The notes below the pieces were generated by a model. That model was not told the DNA's origin, searched no databases, and was given only the letters and a program-made list of their open reading frames with translations. From a virus (taxonomy: Duplodnaviria; Caudoviricetes), in IMG/VR virus record IMGVR_UViG_3300027763_002462, positions 1 to 64,000 of that record: a DNA stretch of 64,000 bases, one strand, 5' to 3'. Below, one piece after another: positions 38,601 through 47,821 of the stretch (position 1 is its first letter; every line of letters begins with the position of its first letter). The position numbers and the translations under genes are program-made.

Positions 38601-40477
38601 GAACCTTGTGTTTGTTTTACATATCCTCTTGTTTCAGAACTTGGAGCTGAAGCATCGTTATCTAAAATCGCGGCCTTTCTAACAGGGTCGTATTTTACGT
38701 TCCAAGCTTTAGTATGGACATCATCCATTAATCTAATAAAACCTTCAGCGGATGCCATGACAACCGCAATCATATTTCTAACCGTAGGTTTAAACCCAAG
38801 TCCAGTATCTTTATCTTCAATCTTTCTTAATAAAGCTTCGGTTATTATTGACTCATATTCCGATAATTTTTTATTTGCTGTTGTTTCTAAAGAAGATATT
38901 GTTGCATCAAATTTACCCTCCCCTTCAAACACAAACCATTTTTCTTTTGTTAAACTATAACTCTCTTTTCCATTAACATCCGTCACTTGAATATTATTAA
39001 CAATTCCAACAAATTTAGCTCGAACTGCGTCTATTGATTCTTGAGTTGGTGTTATAATCCCTGTCTGAGCCCTTGTAGTCTCAACCCAATCAATTTGAGA
39101 ATCACTTGGAGCTTCAATTACAATCATATCCAATTTAATTGGATTTGGGATTGGAGATGTTCCTTTAACTCCAAGGGTTGTATTACCTGCAAGGGCTTCA
39201 TTAAATTTTTTAATGTTACTATCTAATAATGATAGTGCATCTGTCTTAGTAGTTTCATTTGTGGTATTAAAAACGTAAACTTTTGTTTTCTTATCCTCTA
39301 AATAAATCGCTTTTGGGTTCAAATAGGTATTAAACCATGAACTATTTGAATTTCTAATACTTGAAAAGTATTGTGTTAAAATACCTTTATAATTCCTAAT
39401 ATTAGTTAAAGATTCAACATCAGCCTTTGGAAAAGAATTTGTAATGTTTTGTTCAAACGTATCCAATTTTGCCATTAACTGAATTAATGTAAGTTCGGGT
39501 AAGTCTTTAGGTATTAAACCTTTGGCTTTGTATTCACTATAAACTTCAACAATTTTTTGATACCCAATTTCAGTAACTAATTCAGTAACAACTGCGTCAC
39601 TACTATTAGTATTATTGGCTCCAATCGCAGCTTGTACTTTTGATTGGGACTCATTTGCTTTATTTGAAGTTTGAGGTGTTACTGGTGTTTGTGAAAAATT
39701 AAACCTCTGAGCATACATGTGTGGTGTTGCCAATAAATGTCCCATCGCAACCTCATTCAATATGTTAAATTTATAACCTTTAAATGTTAAAGTTATTTGA
39801 TAATTCCCACTAAGCGAATTAAATGCCGCATGAAACTTTTCTAAATTAAGTTGATATCTTACCGCCTGGCCATAAAACCCTTTAAGGGTTAAGTAAAATG
39901 GTGGATAAGGTAAATTAAAAAAGGCTGAGTATGGTGAATTATTTCCTAATTGAAATAACGCTTTACCCTGAACATCTTCCAATAGCATTGTTACTGAAGG
40001 TATGAATGAACTATTGGTTGTAATATTAATACTAGTAATACCTAACAACCCATTATCTATTACATTTGCCTCATTGGCAACACTATTTGTAAAAAATGGT
40101 TTTGCTCCTCCGCTAGGTTGTTGTCCTATCTGAGCTGGTTGGTTAGTTCCATCAAATTTAGTTGCATTTTGACCAGTTAACTCGTCGTAGTATCCTGTAC
40201 CTAAGTAACTATTTTTAGTTGGTTTAAGAAAATTAAGTTTTGCGACAGAAATTGTTTGTAACCCACTATCTTCAGGACTAATACCAACCGCTAGTTTTGT
40301 TCTTGGTAAAACATCCGCCTCTAAATTAGCATACATAACTAAGTTTTCATGGTCAACTAATCTTTCTTGAATTTTTCCATTACTAATTGTTTTGTTTGGG
40401 TCGACTAAAATAAGGTTATTATAGTCAAACTCAACATATATGTCTCCACTCTTGTCTGGTGATAGGTTACCTGCCAT
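32696..40477 (-). CDS. Giant baseplate hub protein (gp27/GpD-like) with a C-terminal IPT/TIG domain
   Basis: 2593 aa. CSVVCLGNALLQPTMYFNL..VPMFNGPYMIQDVQHTI...FQTTFTG is a GpD/hub C-terminal motif; P.FTSFAP..G..GT.V.V.G is an IPT motif. Confidence 0.7.
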   Translation of the reverse strand: MAGNLSPDKSGDIYVEFDYNNLILVDPNKTISNGKIQERLVDHENLVMYANLEADVLPRTKLAVGISPEDSGLQTISVAKLNFLKPTKNSYLGTGYYDELTGQNATKFDGTNQPAQIGQQPSGGAKPFFTNSVANEANVIDNGLLGITSINITTNSSFIPSVTMLLEDVQGKALFQLGNNSPYSAFFNLPYPPFYLTLKGFYGQAVRYQLNLEKFHAAFNSLSGNYQITLTFKGYKFNILNEVAMGHLLATPHMYAQRFNFSQTPVTPQTSNKANESQSKVQAAIGANNTNSSDAVVTELVTEIGYQKIVEVYSEYKAKGLIPKDLPELTLIQLMAKLDTFEQNITNSFPKADVESLTNIRNYKGILTQYFSSIRNSNSSWFNTYLNPKAIYLEDKKTKVYVFNTTNETTKTDALSLLDSNIKKFNEALAGNTTLGVKGTSPIPNPIKLDMIVIEAPSDSQIDWVETTRAQTGIITPTQESIDAVRAKFVGIVNNIQVTDVNGKESYSLTKEKWFVFEGEGKFDATISSLETTANKKLSEYESIITEALLRKIEDKDTGLGFKPTVRNMIAVVMASAEGFIRLMDDVHTKAWNVKYDPVRKAAILDNDASAPSSETRGYVKQTQGSLLGNTAAENAQIPVYPWPQFFVETPEDKKGRFQLKYIADPTVIDRTQGGNYAKWPEVQFVEEYMKGLTMKFQNPSSAPPLANQRDTNIININPIEFPSLGIAYENKEEIKFYYEIWERQFLTSHYSGLVRANLGQINDLLKLNIETEVSNITTSLGVSSPYITFKLKNYGLNASNYEQFLSTISNMGTGRAYQDHIRDFFVTPYIKSITNNSFSVLSINDLGKIPQLSTKSEALAKLIANASNEPMVVDTLPFTDPSWCLNNLNQSSTSAGNQVYDTKKTLKIFEPRKIIANFEDVNNYKTNRPVTNFSYLLIQNPTLSAIVSGVYSGAIPGLSAFYTTRTPNNFIATEGYCDYTTPTGFLGPRTTTSMLNTPYFVNAIQNGVANSKINDPYPYVQAAYLFLNSLPLASLREKYKTTTDGNVTTDLDYIASCFKKFGAIHKIPYAWMIKYGSVWHRYKKYKDTGVDILTDVWKNFDYTINYDPITNTTTKPYTFKYEGVDRPVVLQSETTDNVNMQIGFYPKLINDFNLFYNGYNLYEGYTDSEIQESVNNGLKMYNFLTSNINTATQGTKNLRLITWSVMIPNKTPEIGINCNPKDNTKGIQYFVVPSFGTSFNQTAGACLTNDTTSPTTKINLTSNSSVYNGSVRCLWPAPNFGYYDNNQIAFPSPDSYLNFIDTKNPQTPIHFLNTNSYSKIEEVFSVFEKRILDTFEQEFLNFSKSMSNTDVSAQTVTFGQSPVNLNANYRNFQSLFKTLMTVPAQGTEQKEDDYFNKTINSQYDVFQNGIRAFMEYDIIFRYGNPSNYDYRIFNSYLSYNGQQLVTDPITFNPYVKGTLPINGGTLTLTQSKLLNPKAWNALETNVGFSTINGVTYTNNGSYITDFFIDNNIEFNEQNVVLLTPIIKMYATQRLKSPTMTVAQFKNNITQYLGLETDLQNNFLNGVLSGVRVALPNQQQIPSSTVQSVISGEQSKVENYEVFKALNDKWIAGGDFKTKTLFEDIMFLDRASRNIGDTILLDIFDLKYMFGGGKGNGEYSLNQAMSVYTFISGILIKNNFNIMNLPAYVNFYNVQDVDGTTIPKAEGSLDFANSMWGTYLDVDYRKSGPKMVCFYAGKPSQYLDLPKGNFKFRDDAFEMRRASENPLIEDYKGKKDWAVSNKCVGFNVDIGIRNQNIFYSFSVSQDNGTATSESINTQLNMVDQSSGRQTATQNVSLYNLYKQRSYKCSVVCLGNALLQPTMYFNLRHVPMFNGPYMIQDVQHTIQPGNFQTTFTGIRQGIYDLPAIDTFLQSINQNLITKLEELLKINKDSVTVSGTTNAVKAQQISQKADNTLDTTNSCEGNVLKVYNPVNSPGKYVSVKGDLTNKNEKELADTLTRLFPNNVSLQTIIYCMSYLKTFQQTSSSKIGLFNGWNNNLGMISLDVDWGSQTTQLSTTYSCVKSKSNPSTNISHPVTHFDTLDSYVRFMGARIEPNIPRILSGGLAKYYICDWPGSNVSSEYYDANITQFKETTDTLYKALSSAVNVGLSSLDASKDLKSAIKKTELKADIKNAKTPAESASISEQLKMIDKVSSMANSTILCPPPVFTSFAPLQGYTGTIVQVNGRFLSTTKEVKLMNKVVPFKDVTIYNDETLRFVVPQIATGTVAASGKIEIKTDHGTFTGNVLFNYNPALNGVSSLSPGDATNPTAANTTTQLANVESINTNPQTTGPLTLLSTTEDIFNGEITNKLTVNVNPNAGTWTIKSDVNMNISVFDEVITNNTKTKKLNREAKTILSNNVINNVFNITYSEVADIIINKPIEPFKTLPIKDGQIVTIQFVVNAIAADKVKYPKPVEQAFNFNFTRSGNNVTTKKLTYPEKPLSITLVGESDVIQGNGTEYFNIKKLAGGYITYKFNAPEFKDADYGDNIIVDLDGYPVLSASKTQGIDYKYTYVYTVNSKGTFNLKINYLPYGYTSPIGGEVLVQTVLSPPFTL

Positions 40478-40790
40478 AATAATAAAAATAATTTTCTAAA
40501 GCCGCTTTATAGTCCTGTAAAGATGGTAGTAATGGGAAAGGAATAGTCAACACCGCTCCATCATATATATTGTTTTCAAGTCCTCCAAATTGTGGATTTG
40601 CTTGAAGTATTAGCCAACTAAACACAGGTGAGCTATAATATTCTTGTGATACCTTATCTAATCTACTTTGAGCAACTTTATATATATATGACACATCAGT
40701 TGCTTTTTGAGGTATGTAAACATATGGCACAACAGTTTGCTCACCATTAATTAAAAAATCACTATATCTATTCCAATATTGATATGCCAT
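40467..40790 (-). CDS. Baseplate wedge gp53/LysM-like protein
   Basis: RLDKVSQEYY...WLILQANP...G.VLTIP is a LysM/gp53-like pattern. Confidence 0.75.
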   Translation of the reverse strand: MAYQYWNRYSDFLINGEQTVVPYVYIPQKATDVSYIYKVAQSRLDKVSQEYYSSPVFSWLILQANPQFGGLENNIYDGAVLTIPFPLLPSLQDYKAALENYFYYYGR

Positions 40791-43700
40791 TAGTTTAGTT
40801 TTGCTTTAGATATGTATGCACCTGTTGAATTTCCGTTAATATCATTCCAAGTGTTATTATTTGTATTTTGATTTGTTGTTGCTCCCAATCCTTTAATCAT
40901 ATTTTGTTGTGAGGTTTTAACTTGTGCGGCAGCTGTGTTTGCGATAGTATATGTAAATACTCTTTCTTTTTTATCAAACGGTGTGTATACCAAGAAGTTT
41001 TTTAACTTTGTTTTTTCCATATTTTCAATAAACGCCTTAGTTATATTATTCTCACTTAAAAATATTGGTTTAGCAGTTTGTTGCCAATAAGCGTCAAACA
41101 CCGCTTCAATATTATCTTGACCACCTTTAATGATAGATGCATTACCAATAATATTACCTATTAAGGCCTTTTTAAATGTTTCATATTTTTTTTCATCAAG
41201 AACATCTTCAGACATAATCATATATTCTCTTCTAAATGAAAAATTATCAAATGATAAGTTTGTACTAAAAGGTAAAAAAACTTGTTCAACCGTAACCTCT
41301 TTAGACACTCCATCATTTGTTTGGAAAACTAACTTGCCTTCATACTCAATTTTATCATAAATAAACTTTGTATTTGACCATATTGCTTCATTAAACTCTC
41401 CAATGTTTATTTGTACTTTTTTAATATCCTGAATCAATTCTTGTAATGTATTTGTTACAGTAGAACTAGTTGCCACCTTAGTTGTACCTAAAGTTACATA
41501 TACTTTAACATTACCTGTTTTACCTTGTAACCCATCAGTACCTGTATTAGGTACACCATCAAAGGCTATAAGATTGACCCTACCTAAACTTTGAATGTAG
41601 CTTTGTTCTTCGGTTGTAAGTTCTTGTATTATTTTTGATACCGCATTTTGGAAAGAACTTCTTTTATTTTTAACAAAATTAAAATAGTTGTCTTGAACTG
41701 TTTTTGTTAACCTTGGTGAAAATCCTCTTACAGTATTATTTATAAATTGTATAAATGGTTCATTTCCGTCTGTGATATTTTTTTCAAACGTCCCAAATAT
41801 TTCATTAAACCTTTTTTCAACATTGGATGGTTTACCAAATAAAACTACAGGTGCAGGATTTACAGTACTTCCATTAACATTAAGGTTTCCTTGGGTGTAT
41901 GAACGTTGTAACATCCATTGTTGTCTTACCGCATTATTATATTGATTAACAGTTTCTTTTGTTTTATTAACTACTGTGGTAAAATATGTTTGAGTATCTG
42001 TAACAAATTTTGCCATAAAATCAGAATAACTCAGGGTACCTGTTTCGCCATCATTATTAATTACGTTAGTAAGAATAGTTCCTACAGTTCCATTATTATT
42101 TTGTCCTGCATTTGGAACCGCTTGATTTAGTGCTGGTGCCGATACCGTATCCTGTTTCCAAAATTCCTCATCTAACACTTTTAAGAAATCTTCATTAGCT
42201 GTAACTGTAGACCTGTCGTCATAAATTTCAGTATTTGCATAATAGTTAAAACTTAAAGCATTTTGCAATCTATCAACCGATTCTTTTAATCCACTACCTC
42301 CAACAAAGTTGAATCCCATAGTTACGTTAGCAATCATTGGTTGTACACCAATGCCTTCAGGGTTAAGGTCTAATTCCTCATAAGTTAATCCTAATGATGT
42401 TGGAATAATTTTGGTATTATAAAAATCACCAATTCTTAATACTAATACTGGTGGAGCTCCAAATGCAGTGTTAACAGCATTATTATATTCTAACACAGGT
42501 GCCCCACTTGGAGTGTTCTTCTTAATTGTTGGTATTGTATTACCTGGTCTCATACACTGTTGTAAGAAAGTAAGTCTTGTATTTAAACCTTCAGGTGTTG
42601 TTGAGTGAAACGCTGGTTGGAAGAACTTTAACTTATCTTTCAAGTTATCATACACCATTGGTGTTTCCGTTTTAATTGTTTCAAAATAATCACACTCGGA
42701 TAATAAATTTCTTAACACTCTTTTAGTGATATTATCTCTTCTGATACGTTGTTGAGTAACTTCTTCCGTTCTAACAGTAGTTGTTACAACATTTCCAACT
42801 AAAACCTGAGTATAGTTTGGTGGCGGTGGTGGTATTGGTTGTGACAAAGTGCTTTCTGTTTTTGAAATGTACGCCCTTCTACAAGCCATAGAAGGTATTG
42901 TATAAATGTCCTTTGAGCCTGATTGTGTGTCTCCTCCTTTGGCTTGAACATCTTTATCTGTACAATTATATGTGTCTCCCGCGGTTTTTACGTTTTCCAA
43001 AGTATGTGGGCTAACATCATTTTTTTGCTTTATTGTAGTTGCCTTTAATACTTGAGCTACGGGAATTGTAGTCTCCTCCCCCTTAGGATTTCCGTCTTTA
43101 ATTAGTAATCTTTTGCCAAAAAATTTAATAGTATTTGGGTTTTCTGCAAAAAATTTAGTAAGTGACTCGATTCTTCTTTTTGATAATTCTCTATTATAAG
43201 ATATAGTTGCTGGCGCAGAACAACTAGAATCAATAACAATAGTAACTGTACCATCAGGATATTGTTCAAATTGATTTTTTAAATCCTGAGCCATAGCCTT
43301 TAAAACATCATAATTTGGTGTTACAGTGTCACTAAAAAAAGTACCTAAATTGGCAGCACGTTGTCTATATATATTAATATTATTTTGGTTGGTATATCTC
43401 TTATACTCAACATCATAGTTTGGTGCAGTATTTGGTTTTGGATAATCGTTCTCAAAATACGCTCCAATATTTAAGTATTTATCAAAATATTCTTTACCTA
43501 AAGGATTAGATTGCGCAACAACTGTTGCACCTTTTGTTGGAGCGTCTTTACCTGTTTGAATAGTTTCTTTAATAAATTGAAGCTCCTCTTTTGTAGCCTC
43601 TTTGGAAGTTATAACATCTTGTAAGTAAGATAACTCTCCAGGAGGGATTGTATAATATTTTTTAGCAAGTTCATATAGGTCATACTTTCTACAACCAGCA

Positions 43701-45850
43701 AAGAACGAATCTAAAATACCATCAATTCTAGCTTTATTAGTTTCATTGTTTAATACTTTGTTAACAATAACATTTAACACAGAAGGATGGTCAACAACAA
43801 TTTTCCATGTTAAACTTCCAGTTCTTGTTGTGTTTTTATATGTATATATAGGTTCAGGCCTTCCTAAGAAATCATGTCCATTCCAATTGGGAGTTACAGA
43901 CTCACTAAAGGTTAATCCGTATGGAGGGAACCACATTACTCGTCCACCATTTGGACCTCTCTCACATACCGCTAAATCCGATACAGAGTTACCTGGAGCT
44001 CCTGTTCTCCAAGCTAAATTTTCCAATGAGAACATATATTTTTTTGCATAACCCGTATTACCCGCTCCTCCTATTATGTTAGTAGAGCTATGTCCTCCTT
44101 CCATTTTGTTTGGAGCAATGTTAAGGTTGTATGTATTGTCTAATACTGAATCGGAAAATCTTCTACCGTTAACCGTAATACCATCAACTTTTTGAAGGTC
44201 ATTGTATTGTAAGTAAGGTATATCTTTGGCAAATACTCTACAGTATTCAGTTCCAACTTCTTGACCAATAGCACCTGTGTATTTATATACTCTTGAACCC
44301 TTAGTCATTTCTTTATATCCATCATGGAAAACTTTACTCACTTGGTCAATCGCATTACCTACGTGTTGTAGTCTTCTACCTCCTTGAGGTTGGCTATCAA
44401 TGATTCTTTGTGTTTGGTCTAATATTGAACCTTGTTTAAATGTTCTTTCTGTTGACTCGGTTGAATTGTATGATGATGGTTTAAAGTCTTGGTCTTCGTT
44501 AACAATCAATCCACCGATACCGACTGTTTTACCAGCATTACCTTTATACTTAGGAGATACCCATGTAAATCCACCTTCAATACCACCACCATTTGAATAT
44601 GTAGGACCGTTGGCTCCTAATCTAATTTCTTTACTTGGTCCTTCATATAATTGAGCTAACTCAGATGGTCCATACACAGGAGATTGTTGTTCTTGTCCAA
44701 ACGCATTTACAGGAACATCACCACCAGGTGAGAACACTCTTGATGGGTCAGAAGTTAAACTACCAATATAAAAGTTGCTATTATTAGTTAATGTACCCGT
44801 TAGAGCTCCACCTAATCTATCAATTAAAGTTCTTTCGTAATGTGGTTTGTATTTGTTAAAATCAATATTTTTAAATAAACGAGACTTTTGTCCTGCTCCC
44901 ATGTTGTTATACATGATTTGAGAACCTGTTTGTCCACCACCTAATAACTTATTAAAGAACTTACCAACAGTACTTTGTTTAAATGCAAGTGATAACTGTT
45001 GGATAGTTGTTGGTTGACCTGGATTAACTGTTGGGTCAAAATAAGAACCTGGTATTGTTGAAGTTGGTAATATACTTCCTCCTAATCTTAAAGCGAAATT
45101 AGCCGCCGCTAAGATTGGATTTGCATTTACCGTAATTGTATAGTTTGGTTCCAATAAAGGAACGTTACCTGAAATGATATTAACTAAGTCGGTACCACTA
45201 TTAACATTTAAAATATTAGCTCGTCCAATAGTATCTTGTCTAATCTGAGCGGCAATTCTTTGTTCAAAATCATGTCTAAGTGTTTGTGCTCCTAATTTGG
45301 CAATAAATGAATCTTGACTTAATGAGCCATTACTTCCACCAGGGTTTTGGGAAAGTAAGATTGATAAAGGACTATAGTTTGATGGTACAAACGTTGTTGG
45401 GTATGGTTGATTGTTGTAGTTGTTTGTTGTTTGAGGTTTGTCTAACGAACCAAAGAACTCAGCACTATCTAATTGTATTTGTCCACCGTTAGAGAATACG
45501 TTAAGTGGTTTCCACTTTTGTGATTCAGGTAATGATTGAGCAACAATGTTGGCATCTTGAAATCCATACTCACCGTCATTTGACTTAGTATTCATTAACC
45601 CGCCTGGGTCAGGAACTTGTTTGTATCCACCTTCATTACCCCATTGGTTAAGAGGAAATAATTTGTTTGCAAAAGATGGCTCATCAATTAATTGGTCAGG
45701 ACTATCTTGAACCGAAGTATCCGATTGAATGTATTCTGTATTAATAGGGAGCGTAGGTCTGTTAGGGGACTTAGCATAAGGTGTTAAGTTCCTAGTTATA
45801 AGTTTCTTTCTAAAACCATCCGAATTTATAAAATCTAAAGGACTTCCCAT
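40790..45850 (-). CDS. Baseplate tube-initiator-like protein (gp48/gp54-like) with an inserted OmpA-like domain
   Basis: FSESV.PNW...FLGRPEPIYTY.NT.R and APPVLVLRIGDF...P..ANVTM.F halves flank YNRELSKRRIESL...GE...CRRAYI. Confidence 0.65.
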   Translation of the reverse strand: MGSPLDFINSDGFRKKLITRNLTPYAKSPNRPTLPINTEYIQSDTSVQDSPDQLIDEPSFANKLFPLNQWGNEGGYKQVPDPGGLMNTKSNDGEYGFQDANIVAQSLPESQKWKPLNVFSNGGQIQLDSAEFFGSLDKPQTTNNYNNQPYPTTFVPSNYSPLSILLSQNPGGSNGSLSQDSFIAKLGAQTLRHDFEQRIAAQIRQDTIGRANILNVNSGTDLVNIISGNVPLLEPNYTITVNANPILAAANFALRLGGSILPTSTIPGSYFDPTVNPGQPTTIQQLSLAFKQSTVGKFFNKLLGGGQTGSQIMYNNMGAGQKSRLFKNIDFNKYKPHYERTLIDRLGGALTGTLTNNSNFYIGSLTSDPSRVFSPGGDVPVNAFGQEQQSPVYGPSELAQLYEGPSKEIRLGANGPTYSNGGGIEGGFTWVSPKYKGNAGKTVGIGGLIVNEDQDFKPSSYNSTESTERTFKQGSILDQTQRIIDSQPQGGRRLQHVGNAIDQVSKVFHDGYKEMTKGSRVYKYTGAIGQEVGTEYCRVFAKDIPYLQYNDLQKVDGITVNGRRFSDSVLDNTYNLNIAPNKMEGGHSSTNIIGGAGNTGYAKKYMFSLENLAWRTGAPGNSVSDLAVCERGPNGGRVMWFPPYGLTFSESVTPNWNGHDFLGRPEPIYTYKNTTRTGSLTWKIVVDHPSVLNVIVNKVLNNETNKARIDGILDSFFAGCRKYDLYELAKKYYTIPPGELSYLQDVITSKEATKEELQFIKETIQTGKDAPTKGATVVAQSNPLGKEYFDKYLNIGAYFENDYPKPNTAPNYDVEYKRYTNQNNINIYRQRAANLGTFFSDTVTPNYDVLKAMAQDLKNQFEQYPDGTVTIVIDSSCSAPATISYNRELSKRRIESLTKFFAENPNTIKFFGKRLLIKDGNPKGEETTIPVAQVLKATTIKQKNDVSPHTLENVKTAGDTYNCTDKDVQAKGGDTQSGSKDIYTIPSMACRRAYISKTESTLSQPIPPPPPNYTQVLVGNVVTTTVRTEEVTQQRIRRDNITKRVLRNLLSECDYFETIKTETPMVYDNLKDKLKFFQPAFHSTTPEGLNTRLTFLQQCMRPGNTIPTIKKNTPSGAPVLEYNNAVNTAFGAPPVLVLRIGDFYNTKIIPTSLGLTYEELDLNPEGIGVQPMIANVTMGFNFVGGSGLKESVDRLQNALSFNYYANTEIYDDRSTVTANEDFLKVLDEEFWKQDTVSAPALNQAVPNAGQNNNGTVGTILTNVINNDGETGTLSYSDFMAKFVTDTQTYFTTVVNKTKETVNQYNNAVRQQWMLQRSYTQGNLNVNGSTVNPAPVVLFGKPSNVEKRFNEIFGTFEKNITDGNEPFIQFINNTVRGFSPRLTKTVQDNYFNFVKNKRSSFQNAVSKIIQELTTEEQSYIQSLGRVNLIAFDGVPNTGTDGLQGKTGNVKVYVTLGTTKVATSSTVTNTLQELIQDIKKVQINIGEFNEAIWSNTKFIYDKIEYEGKLVFQTNDGVSKEVTVEQVFLPFSTNLSFDNFSFRREYMIMSEDVLDEKKYETFKKALIGNIIGNASIIKGGQDNIEAVFDAYWQQTAKPIFLSENNITKAFIENMEKTKLKNFLVYTPFDKKERVFTYTIANTAAAQVKTSQQNMIKGLGATTNQNTNNNTWNDINGNSTGAYISKAKLN

Positions 45851-45892
45851 TAATATCTTTAATTAATAAATAGGTTAAGGACTATTTTTTGT

Positions 45893-47764
45893 TTATTGAT
45901 TTCCTACCCTTGGAATATAATTACTTTTAAATGGTCCGTTTGGTGTGCTAACATTGATAATATATTCTTTTGTTTCCGTACTATTCCATTTTTCAACCAA
46001 CATTTTTGTAATCTCTTCTTTTTGAGATGAACTTAAATTTTCAGCACCTCCTTTAAAATCAACCGTTATGTTGAATGACCCTCCAACTTTAACCTCAGAA
46101 GAACTTTTACTTCCAAATGGCCCACCGTTACTACTAACAACATCTCTAACTTTAGATGAAGCGTTGGTTCCTTCAATTAAACTTGAAATTGGTCTGTTTC
46201 CATCACCAGTGTTTCTAGTTGTTTGAGTTTTAGTTTCACCTAACATTTGGTCGATAAAACTTCTGGCGTTTATATCAATTGCATTTTTATCACCTAACTG
46301 TGAACGTGTTTCTTGTAATGTTTTTATAATATTTGCTTGAGCATCCTTACTTAAACCCTGTAATTGAACTCCAGCTTTAGTTAAATAATTTGATAACGCG
46401 TCTGTTGTTGAAACGTCTTTATTTGCAATATCTTTAAATAATGATTTTACGTCGTCAAAAGAATCGGTAAGTGTATCTCTAACTTTTTGTGGAGAACTAA
46501 AGTTTTTAGATAATGCTCCCGTTAAACTTGAAGATAATTTTCTAATAGCTTCTGAACCAGTTAAGACATCTTTTTGTGTTACCGCTCCCCCTAAAACTGC
46601 AGACTTAATTGCCGAAACATTACCAGCAATATCCGCGCTAATAGTCATTTGAGATTTTGCAATCTCTTCCATTGTTTTAGGACCTTCTTTTTGTTCTTTA
46701 ATTAACTTATCAAATTCGTCTTGAGTAAGTTCAGAAAGTTTTCTTGTTTCTAATTCTCCTTTTTCATTTGTAAGTTTAACTTCATACTGTCCACCTTCAC
46801 CCATTTTAGCAATGTTTGCCAAATATTGTTTGTCTTCTTCACTTCCAAGTTTAAGTCCTGCAGCGTTAATAGATGAAAGTCTTTGGTCTAATTCAGCCGC
46901 GGCTAGTCCCATTTTACTCATCTCTTTAGCACTAACACCAGTTTGTTGCTCCATCTCTCTAAGAGTTAACACACCTTGTGGGTTAATCTTGAAAGTTTTT
47001 GTTTTTTCGTCAAAATAGGTAAATTGTTTTGCAACATCTGCCAAACTATTTTGAAGCCCTGATGGGTCATTGATAGATTGGTTCATTAATTGGAATGGGT
47101 CTGCAAGAGCTCCTGCACTAACGCCTAATCTTTGAAAAGCCGCGGCTACTTCAATAGCACCTTCAGGATTTAATACTTTATCCGCAAGTCTAAACGTTTC
47201 CCCCATATCAAACCTCAACATTGAAGCTTGAGCCGCCATTTTGGTTAAACCTTGAACCCCTCCCTCAAATTGGTAACGATTCATTTGTTCCATGTTACTT
47301 CTAACGTCCGCCATCACTTGTTTGGTGTTTCCACCTATACTACGAACATAGTTAACTGAATCTTCTAATTGTTTACCAACTTGTTCAATTCCAACACCAA
47401 CATTTAAAAATCCATCTGCAATTTCTTTAACACTTCCACCAATTACTTTAGTACTGGCATATAACTTCTGAACATCTTCAGTATTTGCAACAACGTTTCT
47501 TCTTGAGGCTTCTGCAATTTGACCAATAGTTTCACCAACAGCACCTAAATCTCCACCTAATCTAACAACATTAGGAAGAGCATCTGTAAGAGCAACTTTA
47601 ACTTCATTAATTCGTTCTCTACTCTGACCAAACGTATTATTAACTTCACGAGCAACCGAACCAACTCTTTCAAACGCGTCAACAAAATCGGCAGCATTTA
47701 AAGTTGCCGCATTTTTTATTTCATCTGCAATTTGTCCTGGGGTCTTTTGGGTTTCGTCTGCCAT
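45893..47764 (-). CDS. Tape measure protein (putative)
   Basis: 623 aa, Ala/Gln/Leu-rich and helical, in the canonical position after tube and chaperone genes. Confidence 0.65.
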   Translation of the reverse strand: MADETQKTPGQIADEIKNAATLNAADFVDAFERVGSVAREVNNTFGQSRERINEVKVALTDALPNVVRLGGDLGAVGETIGQIAEASRRNVVANTEDVQKLYASTKVIGGSVKEIADGFLNVGVGIEQVGKQLEDSVNYVRSIGGNTKQVMADVRSNMEQMNRYQFEGGVQGLTKMAAQASMLRFDMGETFRLADKVLNPEGAIEVAAAFQRLGVSAGALADPFQLMNQSINDPSGLQNSLADVAKQFTYFDEKTKTFKINPQGVLTLREMEQQTGVSAKEMSKMGLAAAELDQRLSSINAAGLKLGSEEDKQYLANIAKMGEGGQYEVKLTNEKGELETRKLSELTQDEFDKLIKEQKEGPKTMEEIAKSQMTISADIAGNVSAIKSAVLGGAVTQKDVLTGSEAIRKLSSSLTGALSKNFSSPQKVRDTLTDSFDDVKSLFKDIANKDVSTTDALSNYLTKAGVQLQGLSKDAQANIIKTLQETRSQLGDKNAIDINARSFIDQMLGETKTQTTRNTGDGNRPISSLIEGTNASSKVRDVVSSNGGPFGSKSSSEVKVGGSFNITVDFKGGAENLSSSQKEEITKMLVEKWNSTETKEYIINVSTPNGPFKSNYIPRVGNQ

Positions 47765-47795
47765 AATTTTATTCTGTTAGATATTATATAAATAC

Positions 47796-47821
47796 AAAAG
47801 GACTGATTTTTCAGTCCTTTT
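47796..47821 (-). terminator. Intrinsic terminator overlapping the stop of the gp51-like ORF
   Basis: aaaaggactga-N4-tcagtcctttt inverted repeat. Confidence 0.75.
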
